Of a DNA stretch of 64,000 nucleotides, positions 48,650 to 58,052 are shown one piece after another. The notes below the pieces were generated by a model that was not told the DNA's origin, did no database searches, and was given only the letters and a program-made list of their open reading frames with translations. The stretch is from a phage. A program made the translations under genes and the position numbers. Position 1 is the first letter of the stretch. Every line of letters begins with the position of its first letter. Location: sequence record PZ445427.1; one strand, given 5' to 3'.

Positions 48650-49165
48650 TTACACCTTAAGTTTCTGAAGAGCCTTACACATTTCAAGATCTGGACTAAA
48701 CTCCAGCATATAGCTGATAGCATTTAAATCTTGAAGGTTTATTCCAGTCCTGCCATTTACAATAACAGTAGGGAATTGGTACATCATAGCACCAGCATCA
48801 TCTAGGACACACCAATGCTTGAGCTTATATTTTTCGACGAAACGTAAAACAGAATTACCCCGAGATAAACCACCTCCAGTAAAATCTGTTGTACCAAGGA
48901 AACGATCGATCAAACCGAGTCCGGTCATAATCTGAACGTTCTCCATTTCATTTCGTACAGAAAACCATGAAGAGACCCCAACAATCATTATTGGGGAGGG
49001 TTTAAGAAAGTTCTGAAAAGCCTGGAGTAATGGCTTATAAACCCAATCACTGCCAAAGAACAGCTTTTCACTGTCTGGAGCATGATGGTGAGAGATGCTC
49101 GAATTGAGCACCCCATCAATATCCAGGAAAATCACAGGAGTATTACTTATTTCCACCAGTAGCAT
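48650..49165 (-). CDS. HAD-superfamily phosphatase / nucleotidase-like hydrolase
   Basis: 171 aa; N-terminal HAD motif I VIFLDIDGVLN (DxDG[V/T]); later VLDDAG acidic motif. Confidence 0.6.
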   Translation of the reverse strand: MLLVEISNTPVIFLDIDGVLNSSISHHHAPDSEKLFFGSDWVYKPLLQAFQNFLKPSPIMIVGVSSWFSVRNEMENVQIMTGLGLIDRFLGTTDFTGGGLSRGNSVLRFVEKYKLKHWCVLDDAGAMMYQFPTVIVNGRTGINLQDLNAISYMLEFSPDLEMCKALQKLKV

Positions 49166-49328
49166 CCCACGTCCAGACTTTAACTTCCTCAGTAAAAGGA
49201 ACCGGAACCTTCAATTCACCTTTACCCCACATAACAGATAGGAACAGAGAATAAATGGTAATCATACCGATTAGGTTGACAAACCATACTAGACCTTTCC
49301 AGATACCCTTAAAAATCTTCTTTATCAT
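49143..49328 (-). CDS. Small predicted membrane protein
   Basis: 61 aa with one hydrophobic helix (GLVWFVNLIGMITIYSLFLSVMW); ATGA coupling with the upstream gene. Confidence 0.4.
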   Translation of the reverse strand: MIKKIFKGIWKGLVWFVNLIGMITIYSLFLSVMWGKGELKVPVPFTEEVKVWTWDATGGNK

Positions 49329-49540
49329 TCGTTCTCCTCTAGGAACGCTTTATGTTCCGGTGTGTCGATATAGATTACACAGAAATCATCTGACATATAA
49401 TCCATTTCCCACAACTCTTCACGATAGCACCATGTTTTATCTGGCCATACAATTATATCATCAGGGTGTCTTTTAGGCGATTTGTAAAATCGGGGGTCTG
49501 ATCCCATATCTCCCATTTTACCCTTATTAGGATGCGACAT
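49325..49540 (-). CDS. Hypothetical small protein
   Basis: 71 aa ORF overlapping the Sir2-like gene end by 14 nt. Confidence 0.4.
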   Translation of the reverse strand: MSHPNKGKMGDMGSDPRFYKSPKRHPDDIIVWPDKTWCYREELWEMDYMSDDFCVIYIDTPEHKAFLEENE

Positions 49541-50369
49541 AAATAGTTCCTTCCATAAAGGCTTCTACTTGACCAATGAAATGCTTGTTACCAAAAACTT
49601 CGGCAGCTCCAGCCCGCCATACAGTAACACCACGTTTCTCATATTCAAGCTGTTCATCATAGCGAACTTGAGGGTTAACAACCATCATCTTAGTTCCACG
49701 ACATACAGCAGGGAATAGTTCCCAGTTGAAGTCAATCACTTGGTTGCTACAACCTACCACAATAACCATATCATTACTAGTAAGCGTATCAAACAGGTTA
49801 ATCTGACCCATATACCACGGAGCCGTCTCACCAAAGAATGTTACGTTTGGTTTTACCCATTCGTAATCTTCAGGGGCAATCGCAGTATACCCAACATCTT
49901 CGATGATTTGATTGCGACCCTGACGATAGATCACCTCTTTCAAGTACCCGTGAGCGTGAATGATTTCATCACGAGGGATACCAGCACGTTCCAGAAGGTC
50001 ATCAACGTTAGTAGTGAAGTTCTTCACGCTATCCGCATCATAACGCTGGAACCATTCTGCAATTCGCAGATGGGCAATGTTAGGCTCAACAGTCTGTAAT
50101 TCCTGACGACGCATGTTGTAGAACTCATGAGTCTTGAGATACAGATCGTTACCATCTTCATCAATGCCAGGGAAACGAGCACTGAAGTAGTTAGGATCAT
50201 CTTCACCACAGAAGCGACGGAAGCCAGCTTCAAAGTTAGGCAAGCTACATACTTCCTCTAGATCGTACTCATCCCACAAGGATTTCCCACTAGCAGTATC
50301 AGTACGGAAAGCACGAACACCACTATCTACACTCAAACCTGCACCACTAACAACGATTAGTCTACGCAT
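49527..50369 (-). CDS. Sir2/CobB-like NAD-dependent deacylase or NADase lacking the zinc-ribbon insert
   Basis: Sirtuin motifs in order: GAGLSVDSGVRAFR (GAGIS..SGIP.FR), TTNVDDL...IHAHG (QNID...HG), VTFFGE (FGE), VVGCS (VVGTSL); no Cys tetrad for a Zn ribbon. Confidence 0.8.
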   Translation of the reverse strand: MRRLIVVSGAGLSVDSGVRAFRTDTASGKSLWDEYDLEEVCSLPNFEAGFRRFCGEDDPNYFSARFPGIDEDGNDLYLKTHEFYNMRRQELQTVEPNIAHLRIAEWFQRYDADSVKNFTTNVDDLLERAGIPRDEIIHAHGYLKEVIYRQGRNQIIEDVGYTAIAPEDYEWVKPNVTFFGETAPWYMGQINLFDTLTSNDMVIVVGCSNQVIDFNWELFPAVCRGTKMMVVNPQVRYDEQLEYEKRGVTVWRAGAAEVFGNKHFIGQVEAFMEGTIYVAS

Positions 50370-50563
50370 TATACGATTCCTTGCTTGAATCCTTCGATGA
50401 TATTTTGGAGCAGAATTGCTTCTTCTGGGCGAACCTTCTCTTGCTTAATAAGTATATCCAAACCAGCAATACAGGTAGCTACTCCAGCATTATACCCAGC
50501 ATTCCACTGCTCCATGAGCATATTTTCTAAATTACTTTTTAGATTCTGATTCAAGAAGTCCAT
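50369..50563 (-). CDS. Hypothetical small protein (first gene of the Sir2-like operon)
   Basis: ATG at 50563 (MDFLNQNLK...) preceded by GGAGG RBS; stop overlaps the Sir2-like start (TAATG). Confidence 0.4.
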   Translation of the reverse strand: MDFLNQNLKSNLENMLMEQWNAGYNAGVATCIAGLDILIKQEKVRPEEAILLQNIIEGFKQGIV

Positions 50564-50735
50564 AAAGTTTTTCCTCCAATTCCATAATACGATTTTCGTA
50601 AGAAGCACGCAGCTTCTCGATGGACAAAGCACGAACTGTAACTTCATCTGAATTGATCGCTAGCTGAGCTAGATCTTCTGTTTCCATACGTCCGTTGTAA
50701 ATTAAGCGATATTTAAGATGTTTTACGTTTTTCAT
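50532..50735 (-). CDS. Hypothetical small protein
   Basis: 67 aa, ATG at 50735 preceded by AAGGA RBS; coiled-coil-like C-terminus. Confidence 0.4.
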   Translation of the reverse strand: MKNVKHLKYRLIYNGRMETEDLAQLAINSDEVTVRALSIEKLRASYENRIMELEEKLYGLLESESKK

Positions 50736-50744
50736 TCTTGTTCC

Positions 50745-51026
50745 TTAGTTCTGTACTGTAAATTCATTCTTATCACAGTGAGCATAATAATACCCATACA
50801 TACGATAAATTTTAACAGCCTTAGTAGATCCTTTGGATTCTTCATAATCAATCCAGAGCCACTTGTCTTTACCTACATAATGTACCCGAAACTTCTTAAC
50901 TTTCTTATCATTCCATGTTGCAACAACACGACGATAATCAAATCCGCCTAACCAATCGAGAGCCTTACGTTCATCACTAGGCTCTCCAAGATGTGAAACA
51001 TCTACTTTAGGAAGCAATTCGCTCAT
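50745..51026 (-). CDS. Hypothetical protein
   Basis: 93 aa; own promoter and TTTGAGAGGAG RBS. Confidence 0.45.
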   Translation of the reverse strand: MSELLPKVDVSHLGEPSDERKALDWLGGFDYRRVVATWNDKKVKKFRVHYVGKDKWLWIDYEESKGSTKAVKIYRMYGYYYAHCDKNEFTVQN

Positions 51027-51054
51027 AGCTTTCTCCTCTCAAATTTATAAATCA

Positions 51055-51083
51055 ATTATACATAAGTTTTAGCTCGAAAGCAA
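51055..51083 (-). promoter_or_regulatory. Early sigma70 promoter for gene 50745-51026
   Basis: On the - strand TTGCTT, 17-nt spacer, TATAAT, then ...ATAAATTTGAGAGGAG... and ATG. Confidence 0.6.
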
Positions 51084-51087
51084 ATAA

Positions 51088-51118
51088 AATAAAAGCCAGG
51101 TCGACTAGCAACCTGGCT
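51088..51118 (-). terminator. Intrinsic terminator after nrdD
   Basis: On the - strand hairpin AGCCAGG...CCTGGCT followed by TTTTATTTTATTT. Confidence 0.65.
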
Positions 51119-51124
51119 GATTCA

Positions 51125-52999
51125 TTATTTAGCGCGAATGTCCTGATGTTTCACTCGACCCATAACCTCATGTTGTTTGCCTGGGTTAAATGGACGAGCA
51201 CCTGGATTTCCAAGATATCCGCAAACTCGACGAGTTACCTCAAGAGTCTCAGGATCATGATTGCCACAAATTGGGCATTTGAAACCATCCTCAGAAGCTA
51301 TAGTTTCACCCAAGAACCCACATTCCCCACAAGAGTCTACTGGAGTATTAATACCGAAGTAATGAACTTTACTTGCAGCATAGTTAATAACCCATTCCAG
51401 TGCATCAGGGAATCGTTTCATATCCGGTAATTCCACATAGGAAATGCACCCACCAGAAGCAATAGGAGTAAAGTTAGACTCATAATCAAACTTCACATTT
51501 GGAGCAACCTTACGTTCTACATCAAGGTGATGGGAATTAGTGTAATATCCTTTAGCCAGAATATCTTCATGCTCTGGGAAATACTCACGGTCTAGGCGAC
51601 AGAAGCGATCACATAGAGATTCAGATGGTGTAGCATACAGACTATACCCTAATTGAGTCTCTTCCTTCTTCTGATCAGCACGATCACGCATGTATTGTAG
51701 CACACGTTGAACGAACTTGATACAAGACTCAGACATTGTATCTACATCTTTACCAAACATGAGTTGCAACATTTCGTGGCAGCCAATATATCCTAGGGAT
51801 ACAGAAGCACGCTTGTAGAAATGATCAAATACATATTCATCTGGCCCCAGACGTAATCCAAAGGCTCCTGACATATAGAGGATGGGCGCAGCTTTAGCTT
51901 GAATGTATTTTAAGCGATCAACCCTCCACTCCAATCCTTTTAACGCGGTATCCACACGCAGCTCAAGCAGATCGAAGAATAGATCAATATTTCCTTCCGC
52001 TTCGATAGCAATTCGAGGAAGGTTCACAGAAACAACACCTAAGTTATTACGGCCAGAAGTTTCACCATCTTCCGCAGCAGCTAGGAATGAACGACAGCCC
52101 ATAGAGACTTTGTAGTCACCAGTAACTTCTACAACCTTATCATAACTGATATAGTCAGGATACATACGTTCAGCAGTACATTTCATAGCTAACTTCTTGA
52201 TATCATAGTTAACATCACCAGGTTTCATGTTAACACCATCACGAAGTACAAATACCAGTTTAGGGAAGATAGCTGTACGTTTATTAATACCCAAACCATC
52301 CATACGCACTTCTAAGATTGCTTTCTGTACAAGACGTGCTTCCCAAGAAGTTCCTAGACCAAAACCAAAGGTAATAAATGGACTCTGACCATTAGAGTTG
52401 AACATCGTATTGATCTCATACTCTAGACCCTGACAGGCATCGTAAACTTCCTTCTCAGTCATTTCCGTAGCCATTACAGATGCTTTAGCTTCATCCTTAG
52501 TCCAACGTTTTGCAAACGCATGATTCTTATCATAAGACTTACGAACATAAGGAGCCAATACTTCATCTAATCGGTCTACAGAAGTACCACCATATTGATG
52601 TGAACTAACCTGAGTGATAATCTGAGCTGTGATAGCAGCCGCAGTAGTAATAGAGTTTGGCGTACTGATTTCAGCATTACCAACCTTCATACCGTTTTTC
52701 AACATATCTTCCAAAGCAACCAGGCAACAGTTAGTCATACCTAACGCAGCGTAATCAGCATCATGGAAGTGAATATCACCAATCATGTGAGCATTTCGAA
52801 TCTGGATTGGCATTTCTTCCAGAATCAGATATTTACTCAATTCCCCTGCAAGCATGTCCCTTTGTGTAGGGAAACGTTCTGAGGGCTTATTGGCATTATT
52901 AAACAGCAGCTCTTCATCTGCTGAACCTTCGATAATTTCTTTGCAGTTTCGAATCAAGGACTGCATTCCTTTATACTTTAGTTCTTCATTGCGATTCAT
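51125..52999 (-). CDS. nrdD: Anaerobic ribonucleoside-triphosphate reductase (class III), NrdD
   Basis: 624 aa; C-terminal glycyl-radical motif RVCGYLG preceded by the Cys cluster CGECG...CPICG; AAGGAGGG RBS. Confidence 0.9.
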   Translation of the reverse strand: MNRNEELKYKGMQSLIRNCKEIIEGSADEELLFNNANKPSERFPTQRDMLAGELSKYLILEEMPIQIRNAHMIGDIHFHDADYAALGMTNCCLVALEDMLKNGMKVGNAEISTPNSITTAAAITAQIITQVSSHQYGGTSVDRLDEVLAPYVRKSYDKNHAFAKRWTKDEAKASVMATEMTEKEVYDACQGLEYEINTMFNSNGQSPFITFGFGLGTSWEARLVQKAILEVRMDGLGINKRTAIFPKLVFVLRDGVNMKPGDVNYDIKKLAMKCTAERMYPDYISYDKVVEVTGDYKVSMGCRSFLAAAEDGETSGRNNLGVVSVNLPRIAIEAEGNIDLFFDLLELRVDTALKGLEWRVDRLKYIQAKAAPILYMSGAFGLRLGPDEYVFDHFYKRASVSLGYIGCHEMLQLMFGKDVDTMSESCIKFVQRVLQYMRDRADQKKEETQLGYSLYATPSESLCDRFCRLDREYFPEHEDILAKGYYTNSHHLDVERKVAPNVKFDYESNFTPIASGGCISYVELPDMKRFPDALEWVINYAASKVHYFGINTPVDSCGECGFLGETIASEDGFKCPICGNHDPETLEVTRRVCGYLGNPGARPFNPGKQHEVMGRVKHQDIRAK

Positions 53000-53028
53000 T
53001 ATACCCTCCTTCTCTAACTAAGACTACT

Positions 53029-53057
53029 ATTATAACTCATTCGAAGGCGGATGTCAA
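53029..53057 (-). promoter_or_regulatory. Sigma70 promoter for nrdD
   Basis: On the - strand TTGACA, 17-nt spacer, TATAAT, about 25 nt upstream of the RBS. Confidence 0.7.
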
Positions 53058-53108
53058 CAATATTTTACTATAACATTCTGTAAATTGATCTGAGTCAAAA
53101 AATTTTAT

Positions 53109-53137
53109 TTGCCAACCTCTATTAAAAATAGTATAAT
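53109..53137 (+). promoter_or_regulatory. Sigma70 early promoter P1 upstream of phoH
   Basis: TTGCCA, 17-nt spacer, TATAAT. Confidence 0.6.
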
Positions 53138-53249
53138 CACGCGCCCGTGTACGCGATATAAAATGATTATCTAGTACCACACATCTCCCAATAAAAGCAA
53201 GCAAATTTTTTATTTAAAAGCAATATCATAGGCTTATTTAAAATTGTAG

Positions 53250-53278
53250 TTGCTTTCTCCCGTATATATTGGTATAAT
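53250..53278 (+). promoter_or_regulatory. Sigma70 early promoter P2 upstream of phoH
   Basis: TTGCTT, 17-nt spacer, TATAAT with extended TG. Confidence 0.65.
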
Positions 53279-53351
53279 ATATTTGTAAGTTGATAAACAA
53301 GATCTTTTTGTTGATCCTCTGTTAGCGAAGTACACTATAGGAGTGTTATTT

Positions 53352-54104
53352 ATGGGAAAAGCACGTCAAAAAAGAGAGAACCGCAATGGTTCAAGAAAGC
53401 GTGGCAACAAGTACGAGAGTAACGTAATTCAAGCAGATTTCTCTGGTGATTACGCCAATCCAGTTGCTAAATCCCTAGTTGGTAAAAACCGTGAGCAAAA
53501 ATCATATATCAATATGATCAAGAACAACACAGTGACTGTGGGTATTGGTGAACCAGGTACTGGTAAAACCTTTATTCCATCCGTTCTTGCAGCTCAGGAA
53601 CTCGTAGACATTCACTCAGATATTGAGCAAGTGATCCTCGTGCGTCCGAACGAACCTCTAGGTAAATCTCTTGGTATGCTCCCAGGTGATCTGGCAGAAA
53701 AGCTAGAGCCTTGGTTGGAACCAATAGCCGATGGCATGAAATGGGCAATCGGTGATCACGCCTACAAAGGATATGTCGAACGTCAGAAAATTAAATTCCT
53801 GGCTATCGAACATGCCCGTGGCCGAACTTTCAACAACTCCTATGTAATTGTCGATGAAGCTCAGAATATCTCCGTTGAAGCAATGATCTGTCTCTTGACT
53901 CGTGTAGGACAAGATTGTCGTTTAATTATCTGTGGGGATATAGCGCAGAAAGACATCAAGGGTGATTCAGGTCTAGCACTTCTTATGGAAGTCTATGAGA
54001 AGTATGAAAACTCTCCTTTCTCTATGATCGAACTGATCGACAACGTTCGCTCACCAGAGTCTAAAGCATTCTACGATATCTTTAAGGATATGGGGAAGGT
54101 GTAA
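53352..54104 (+). CDS. phoH: PhoH-like ATPase
   Basis: Walker A GEPGTGKTF and Walker B-like VIVDEAQN; ATG at 53352 after AGGAG RBS (track start 53343 is a GTG). Confidence 0.85.
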   Translation: MGKARQKRENRNGSRKRGNKYESNVIQADFSGDYANPVAKSLVGKNREQKSYINMIKNNTVTVGIGEPGTGKTFIPSVLAAQELVDIHSDIEQVILVRPNEPLGKSLGMLPGDLAEKLEPWLEPIADGMKWAIGDHAYKGYVERQKIKFLAIEHARGRTFNNSYVIVDEAQNISVEAMICLLTRVGQDCRLIICGDIAQKDIKGDSGLALLMEVYEKYENSPFSMIELIDNVRSPESKAFYDIFKDMGKV

Positions 54105-54105
54105 T

Positions 54106-54348
54106 ATGGGAAACGTCGTACATCTGCACCGCAAAACTAAGATCCACCGTACTTCACTGAGTGCTGCTAATATGATTACACGTAAGGAAGGGGAAGAAAG
54201 TCCTAAGACTACCCTAGCGTGGAAAATTGTAGCCTCTAATCCAAATCGGCCTTTTAATTATAATGAACTTTCAACATCAGTAGATATTCTTCTGAGGGCG
54301 AATGCGAAAGCAAAAGTAATTAATCAAGCCGAAAAACTAGACTGGTAA
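54106..54348 (+). CDS. Hypothetical small protein
   Basis: 80 aa ORF coupled to phoH (ATG 2 nt after the stop). Confidence 0.4.
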   Translation: MGNVVHLHRKTKIHRTSLSAANMITRKEGEESPKTTLAWKIVASNPNRPFNYNELSTSVDILLRANAKAKVINQAEKLDW

Positions 54349-54469
54349 TATAGAAGGCCTGGGTATGAAAATACTCGGGCCTTTTCTATCAGAAAATTTT
54401 ATTTGCCAAATGACTGAGAATAAAGTAAACTATTTCCTAAATCCTGATAACTACAAAAAGGAAAGCCAA

Positions 54470-56800
54470 ATGAGCCATCGCATAGAAAAAGTAATCAAAC
54501 GTGACGGTACTGTAGAAGACTTTGCTCCTGAAAAACTCAATGGTTGGGCAGTGTATGGCTGCAAAACAGTTGATGTAAGCTGGTCATCCATCACTATGGC
54601 TGCTCAAAAAACTCTACCTAAAGGTGTTGTAGACTCCGACACCCTAATGGATGCGTTAATTAAAGCCGCTGAAGGTCTTATCAAAGATAACCCAGCATAT
54701 GATGTGCCAGCTAAGGAATTACGTCTTGCGCAGATGCGTAAACGTCTATATGACTCCTTCGAGCCTCCTTCTCTGCGTTTCTTCCACGATCATATGGTTA
54801 GTGTTGGAGCTTGGGAAGACATGAGTGCATGGATTAGCGATGATCAGTTTGATGCTCTGAATCAAGTTATCGATCATGATCGCGATCGTTTATTCACCAG
54901 TGGTGGACTGAAACAGTTCTTCGACAAGTATTCCCGTCGTAATATTGCAACTGGTGAAATTTATGAAACCCCGCAGTTTGCCTACATGGGCATGGCAATG
55001 GCGATGTTATCTCAACCTAACTGGACAATCCTAGATGCAATCGACCTCTACAATGCAATGTCGCTCCACAAAATCAACGTTCCTACTCCACCTCTCGTGG
55101 GTCTTAGGAGCAGCGACCGCGGTTTTGCTTCTTGTTGTCTTGTTGATAGTACTGATACCCTCGATTCAATCGACACAGCCGAGCATATCGTCTTCAAAAT
55201 GGTCGCAGCCAGAGCGGGAATCGGGTATCATCTTGAAAGCCGATCAATTGCTGATCCGGTGCGAAATGGGGCATTCCCGCATTCCGGAAAACTGCCATAT
55301 TATCGACACATTGACCGTTCAGTAAAAGCTAACACTCAGCAAACCCGTGGCGGTTCTGCTACTGTGTCTTATCCATACTTCGATCCTGAAATCATTCAGT
55401 TGATGCAGGTTAAGCAGCAACGTGCTACAGACGAGAATAAAATCGATAAGATGGATTATTCTCTGAGCTTTAACAACCTTCTGTTAAAACGTTACCTGAA
55501 AAACGAAGATATTACGCTAATGTCCTACTTCTACGCACCAGAAGTTCATGAAGCGTTTTATGGTGAAGATGAGGCTAAGTTTGAAGAAATCTACGTGGCA
55601 GCGGAGAAACGTGTGGCATCTCTTACAAAGACCGACCACGAAGGAAAAACAATTCCAGCAGCTCCTAGAATCTCTGCAAAAGAAATCCTAGATACTTGGT
55701 TACGTATCCGTATGGAAACAGGGCGTATGTATGCTCATCACATTGGTGAATCTAACCGTCATGGTAACTTCCTTGACCCGATTCGTATGACCAACCTTTG
55801 TGTTGAAATTACTCAGCCAACCCGTCCATTCCATCACATTACGGAACTGTATAAAACCCAAGATCAGTTAGACGATATGCGTCCAGAAGATATTGGTGAA
55901 GTATCTCTGTGTAACTTAGGTGGTGTTGTACTAGGCCGCATGGAATCTCTGGCTGAATGGGAGAAAACTTGCTACATCCTTCTGAAATTCGTTGATACAA
56001 TCATCGAGATTCAGGATTACCCATTCCCAACTATGGAATACACGGCTAAGAAACGTCGAAACGTTGGTATTGGCCTGATGAACGCAGCAGGTGCAATGGC
56101 AGCAGAAGGTTTGGCTTACGAAGGTGTTGAAGCTCGTAACTGGATTCACCGTGAAGCTGAAAAACTGTCTTACTTCCTGCACAAAGCATCTGTACGTCTG
56201 GCTAAAGAACAAGGTGCATGTGACTGGTTTAATCGTACTAAGCCATCCAAAGGAACTCTGGTAATCGACACGTACAAGAAAACTGTTGATGAACTGGTAA
56301 CCGTAGGTCTAGAAATGGATTGGGAATCTCTGCGTGCAGATATCCTGAAATACGGTATGCGTAACTCTGTTCTGACTGCTCAGATGCCGGGTGAAAGTTC
56401 CTCTGTACTGCTAGGTGTTACTAACTCTATTGAACCACCTCGTAAGATTGTATCTATCAAGGGTAGTGCAGTGAATAAAGTAATTGCAATTGCTCCAGGT
56501 GCAACCGATTGGGATACATTAATGAGCTATAAACTGGCTTATGATGTAGATCGTATCGAGTGGATCAAATGGGTAGCAACCATGCAGAAATTTTTCAGTC
56601 AGTCTATCAGTACGAATATGTACTATGACTACACCAAGTTTGAGAATGAAATCATTCCTGGTCCAGTAGTAGTTCGTGATTTCATGACTGCTGTTAAGTA
56701 CGGTTGGAAAACTTGGTACTACGCTAACTTCAACACTGAAAATGGTGGTGGAGCTGGTGAAGAAGCAGCAGGTTGTGCATCCGGTGGTTGTAACCTATAA
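54470..56800 (+). CDS. nrdA: Ribonucleoside-diphosphate reductase alpha subunit (class Ia), NrdA
   Basis: N-terminal ATP-cone (VIKRDGTVEDF), active-site region (NLCVEI, SLCNLGG) and C-terminal Cys pair (CASGGC); ATG at 54470 after AAGGAAAG RBS, track ORF begins 54365. Confidence 0.9.
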   Translation: MSHRIEKVIKRDGTVEDFAPEKLNGWAVYGCKTVDVSWSSITMAAQKTLPKGVVDSDTLMDALIKAAEGLIKDNPAYDVPAKELRLAQMRKRLYDSFEPPSLRFFHDHMVSVGAWEDMSAWISDDQFDALNQVIDHDRDRLFTSGGLKQFFDKYSRRNIATGEIYETPQFAYMGMAMAMLSQPNWTILDAIDLYNAMSLHKINVPTPPLVGLRSSDRGFASCCLVDSTDTLDSIDTAEHIVFKMVAARAGIGYHLESRSIADPVRNGAFPHSGKLPYYRHIDRSVKANTQQTRGGSATVSYPYFDPEIIQLMQVKQQRATDENKIDKMDYSLSFNNLLLKRYLKNEDITLMSYFYAPEVHEAFYGEDEAKFEEIYVAAEKRVASLTKTDHEGKTIPAAPRISAKEILDTWLRIRMETGRMYAHHIGESNRHGNFLDPIRMTNLCVEITQPTRPFHHITELYKTQDQLDDMRPEDIGEVSLCNLGGVVLGRMESLAEWEKTCYILLKFVDTIIEIQDYPFPTMEYTAKKRRNVGIGLMNAAGAMAAEGLAYEGVEARNWIHREAEKLSYFLHKASVRLAKEQGACDWFNRTKPSKGTLVIDTYKKTVDELVTVGLEMDWESLRADILKYGMRNSVLTAQMPGESSSVLLGVTNSIEPPRKIVSIKGSAVNKVIAIAPGATDWDTLMSYKLAYDVDRIEWIKWVATMQKFFSQSISTNMYYDYTKFENEIIPGPVVVRDFMTAVKYGWKTWYYANFNTENGGGAGEEAAGCASGGCNL

Positions 56801-56807
56801 TAAAAAC

Positions 56808-56836
56808 AAGGAGATCTTCGGGTCTCCTTTTTCTTT
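56808..56836 (+). terminator. Intrinsic terminator after nrdA
   Basis: Hairpin ggagatc-ttcg-ggtctcc followed by TTTTTCTTT. Confidence 0.75.
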
Positions 56837-56846
56837 GAAATTTTAC

Positions 56847-56875
56847 TTGCTAATCGCTACCAGATTTGCTATAAT
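56847..56875 (+). promoter_or_regulatory. Sigma70 early promoter upstream of nrdB
   Basis: TTGCTA, 17-nt spacer, TGcTATAAT (extended -10), AGAGGA RBS. Confidence 0.7.
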
Positions 56876-56906
56876 ATTCCTGAAATAGTGAGAAAGAGGA
56901 AAATCA

Positions 56907-58052
56907 ATGACTACTTTACTAAACCTGAATTGGGATCATACTAACGCTGACCTTTTCCTGGGCGATTCTCTTGGTATCGCAGATTACGTTCGTGTAGCAC
57001 ATCCTGAACTTGAGCGTCTAGCACTTCTGCAACGTTCTCAATTTTGGACTGAAACTGAAATCAGTCTGGAAGCTGATAAGAAACAATGGCCAAACCTCCC
57101 GCGTGATATCCAGGAAATTACTCTCCTGAACTTAGCATGGCAAACTCAAACAGATTCTTTCATTAGTCGTGCTCCTGAGGCAGCTATTATGCCACTTGTA
57201 AGCCGTCCTGAATTGGAAGGTATGCTCAAGCAGTGGAGCTACTTCGAAGATCTACATAGCCGTGCGTATAGTAACATTATTCGTAACGTTCTGACTGACC
57301 CAGCAGAATTTATTGATTCTGTAACTAAAAACCAAGAAGCATTTGCACGTATCGCAGATTCTGTTGAACTGTTTGATGAATTGTATCTGTTAGGTCAGTA
57401 TTTCCTTGCAGTACGTGATCATCAGGGTGATAATACTTATCCAGAAACTGAGTTCCCTGAAGTTAAACGTGAAACTCAGGCTAAGCTGTTAGATGCTTAC
57501 TTTGCAATCTACGGTCTGGAAGCAATGCAGTTCTACGCATCTTTTGCATGTACCTTTGCTCTAGCAGAGAACGATATTCTGCAAGGTATTGCCAAGAACC
57601 TGCAACTAATTGCTAAAGATGAAGCTCTGCACACTCAAATGTCTAAAGCTATCATCCAGATTATGTTTCAGCAGTTTGATAAAGATCTGGTAGATGAAGC
57701 ATTAGCTAAAGCACCAGCACAACTCCTAAAAACTCTGAAAACTGAGATTGAATGGGGTCACTTTATCTTTAAAGGCCGTAGTCTGATTGGTTTGAACGCA
57801 GAACTGCTTGAAGAATATCTTTACTTTGTAGGACGTAACGCATTTATGCATATTGGTGTAGAATGGCCAAGCCACTTACCTGTAATTACTAAGAACCCTA
57901 TTCCGTGGATTATGAACTGGTTGGATACTACGTCTTTACAACCTGCTCCGCAAGAGATTCAGATTGGTGCGGCATACCGCGTAGGTCAGGTCACAGAAAC
58001 CTCTGCTGATACTCTGAAAGATCTTGGCAACGAATTTGAGGGTATGTTCTAA
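56907..58052 (+). CDS. nrdB: Ribonucleoside-diphosphate reductase beta subunit, NrdB
   Basis: 381 aa with di-iron ligand motifs (FEDLHSRAYS, EALHTQ) and tyrosyl-radical region. Confidence 0.9.
   Translation: MTTLLNLNWDHTNADLFLGDSLGIADYVRVAHPELERLALLQRSQFWTETEISLEADKKQWPNLPRDIQEITLLNLAWQTQTDSFISRAPEAAIMPLVSRPELEGMLKQWSYFEDLHSRAYSNIIRNVLTDPAEFIDSVTKNQEAFARIADSVELFDELYLLGQYFLAVRDHQGDNTYPETEFPEVKRETQAKLLDAYFAIYGLEAMQFYASFACTFALAENDILQGIAKNLQLIAKDEALHTQMSKAIIQIMFQQFDKDLVDEALAKAPAQLLKTLKTEIEWGHFIFKGRSLIGLNAELLEEYLYFVGRNAFMHIGVEWPSHLPVITKNPIPWIMNWLDTTSLQPAPQEIQIGAAYRVGQVTETSADTLKDLGNEFEGMF

Noticed and set aside
50745-51026. Small ORF downstream of nrdD as the NrdG activase
   Set aside because: It has no CxxxCxxC radical-SAM cysteine motif and is too short; it is left as a hypothetical protein.
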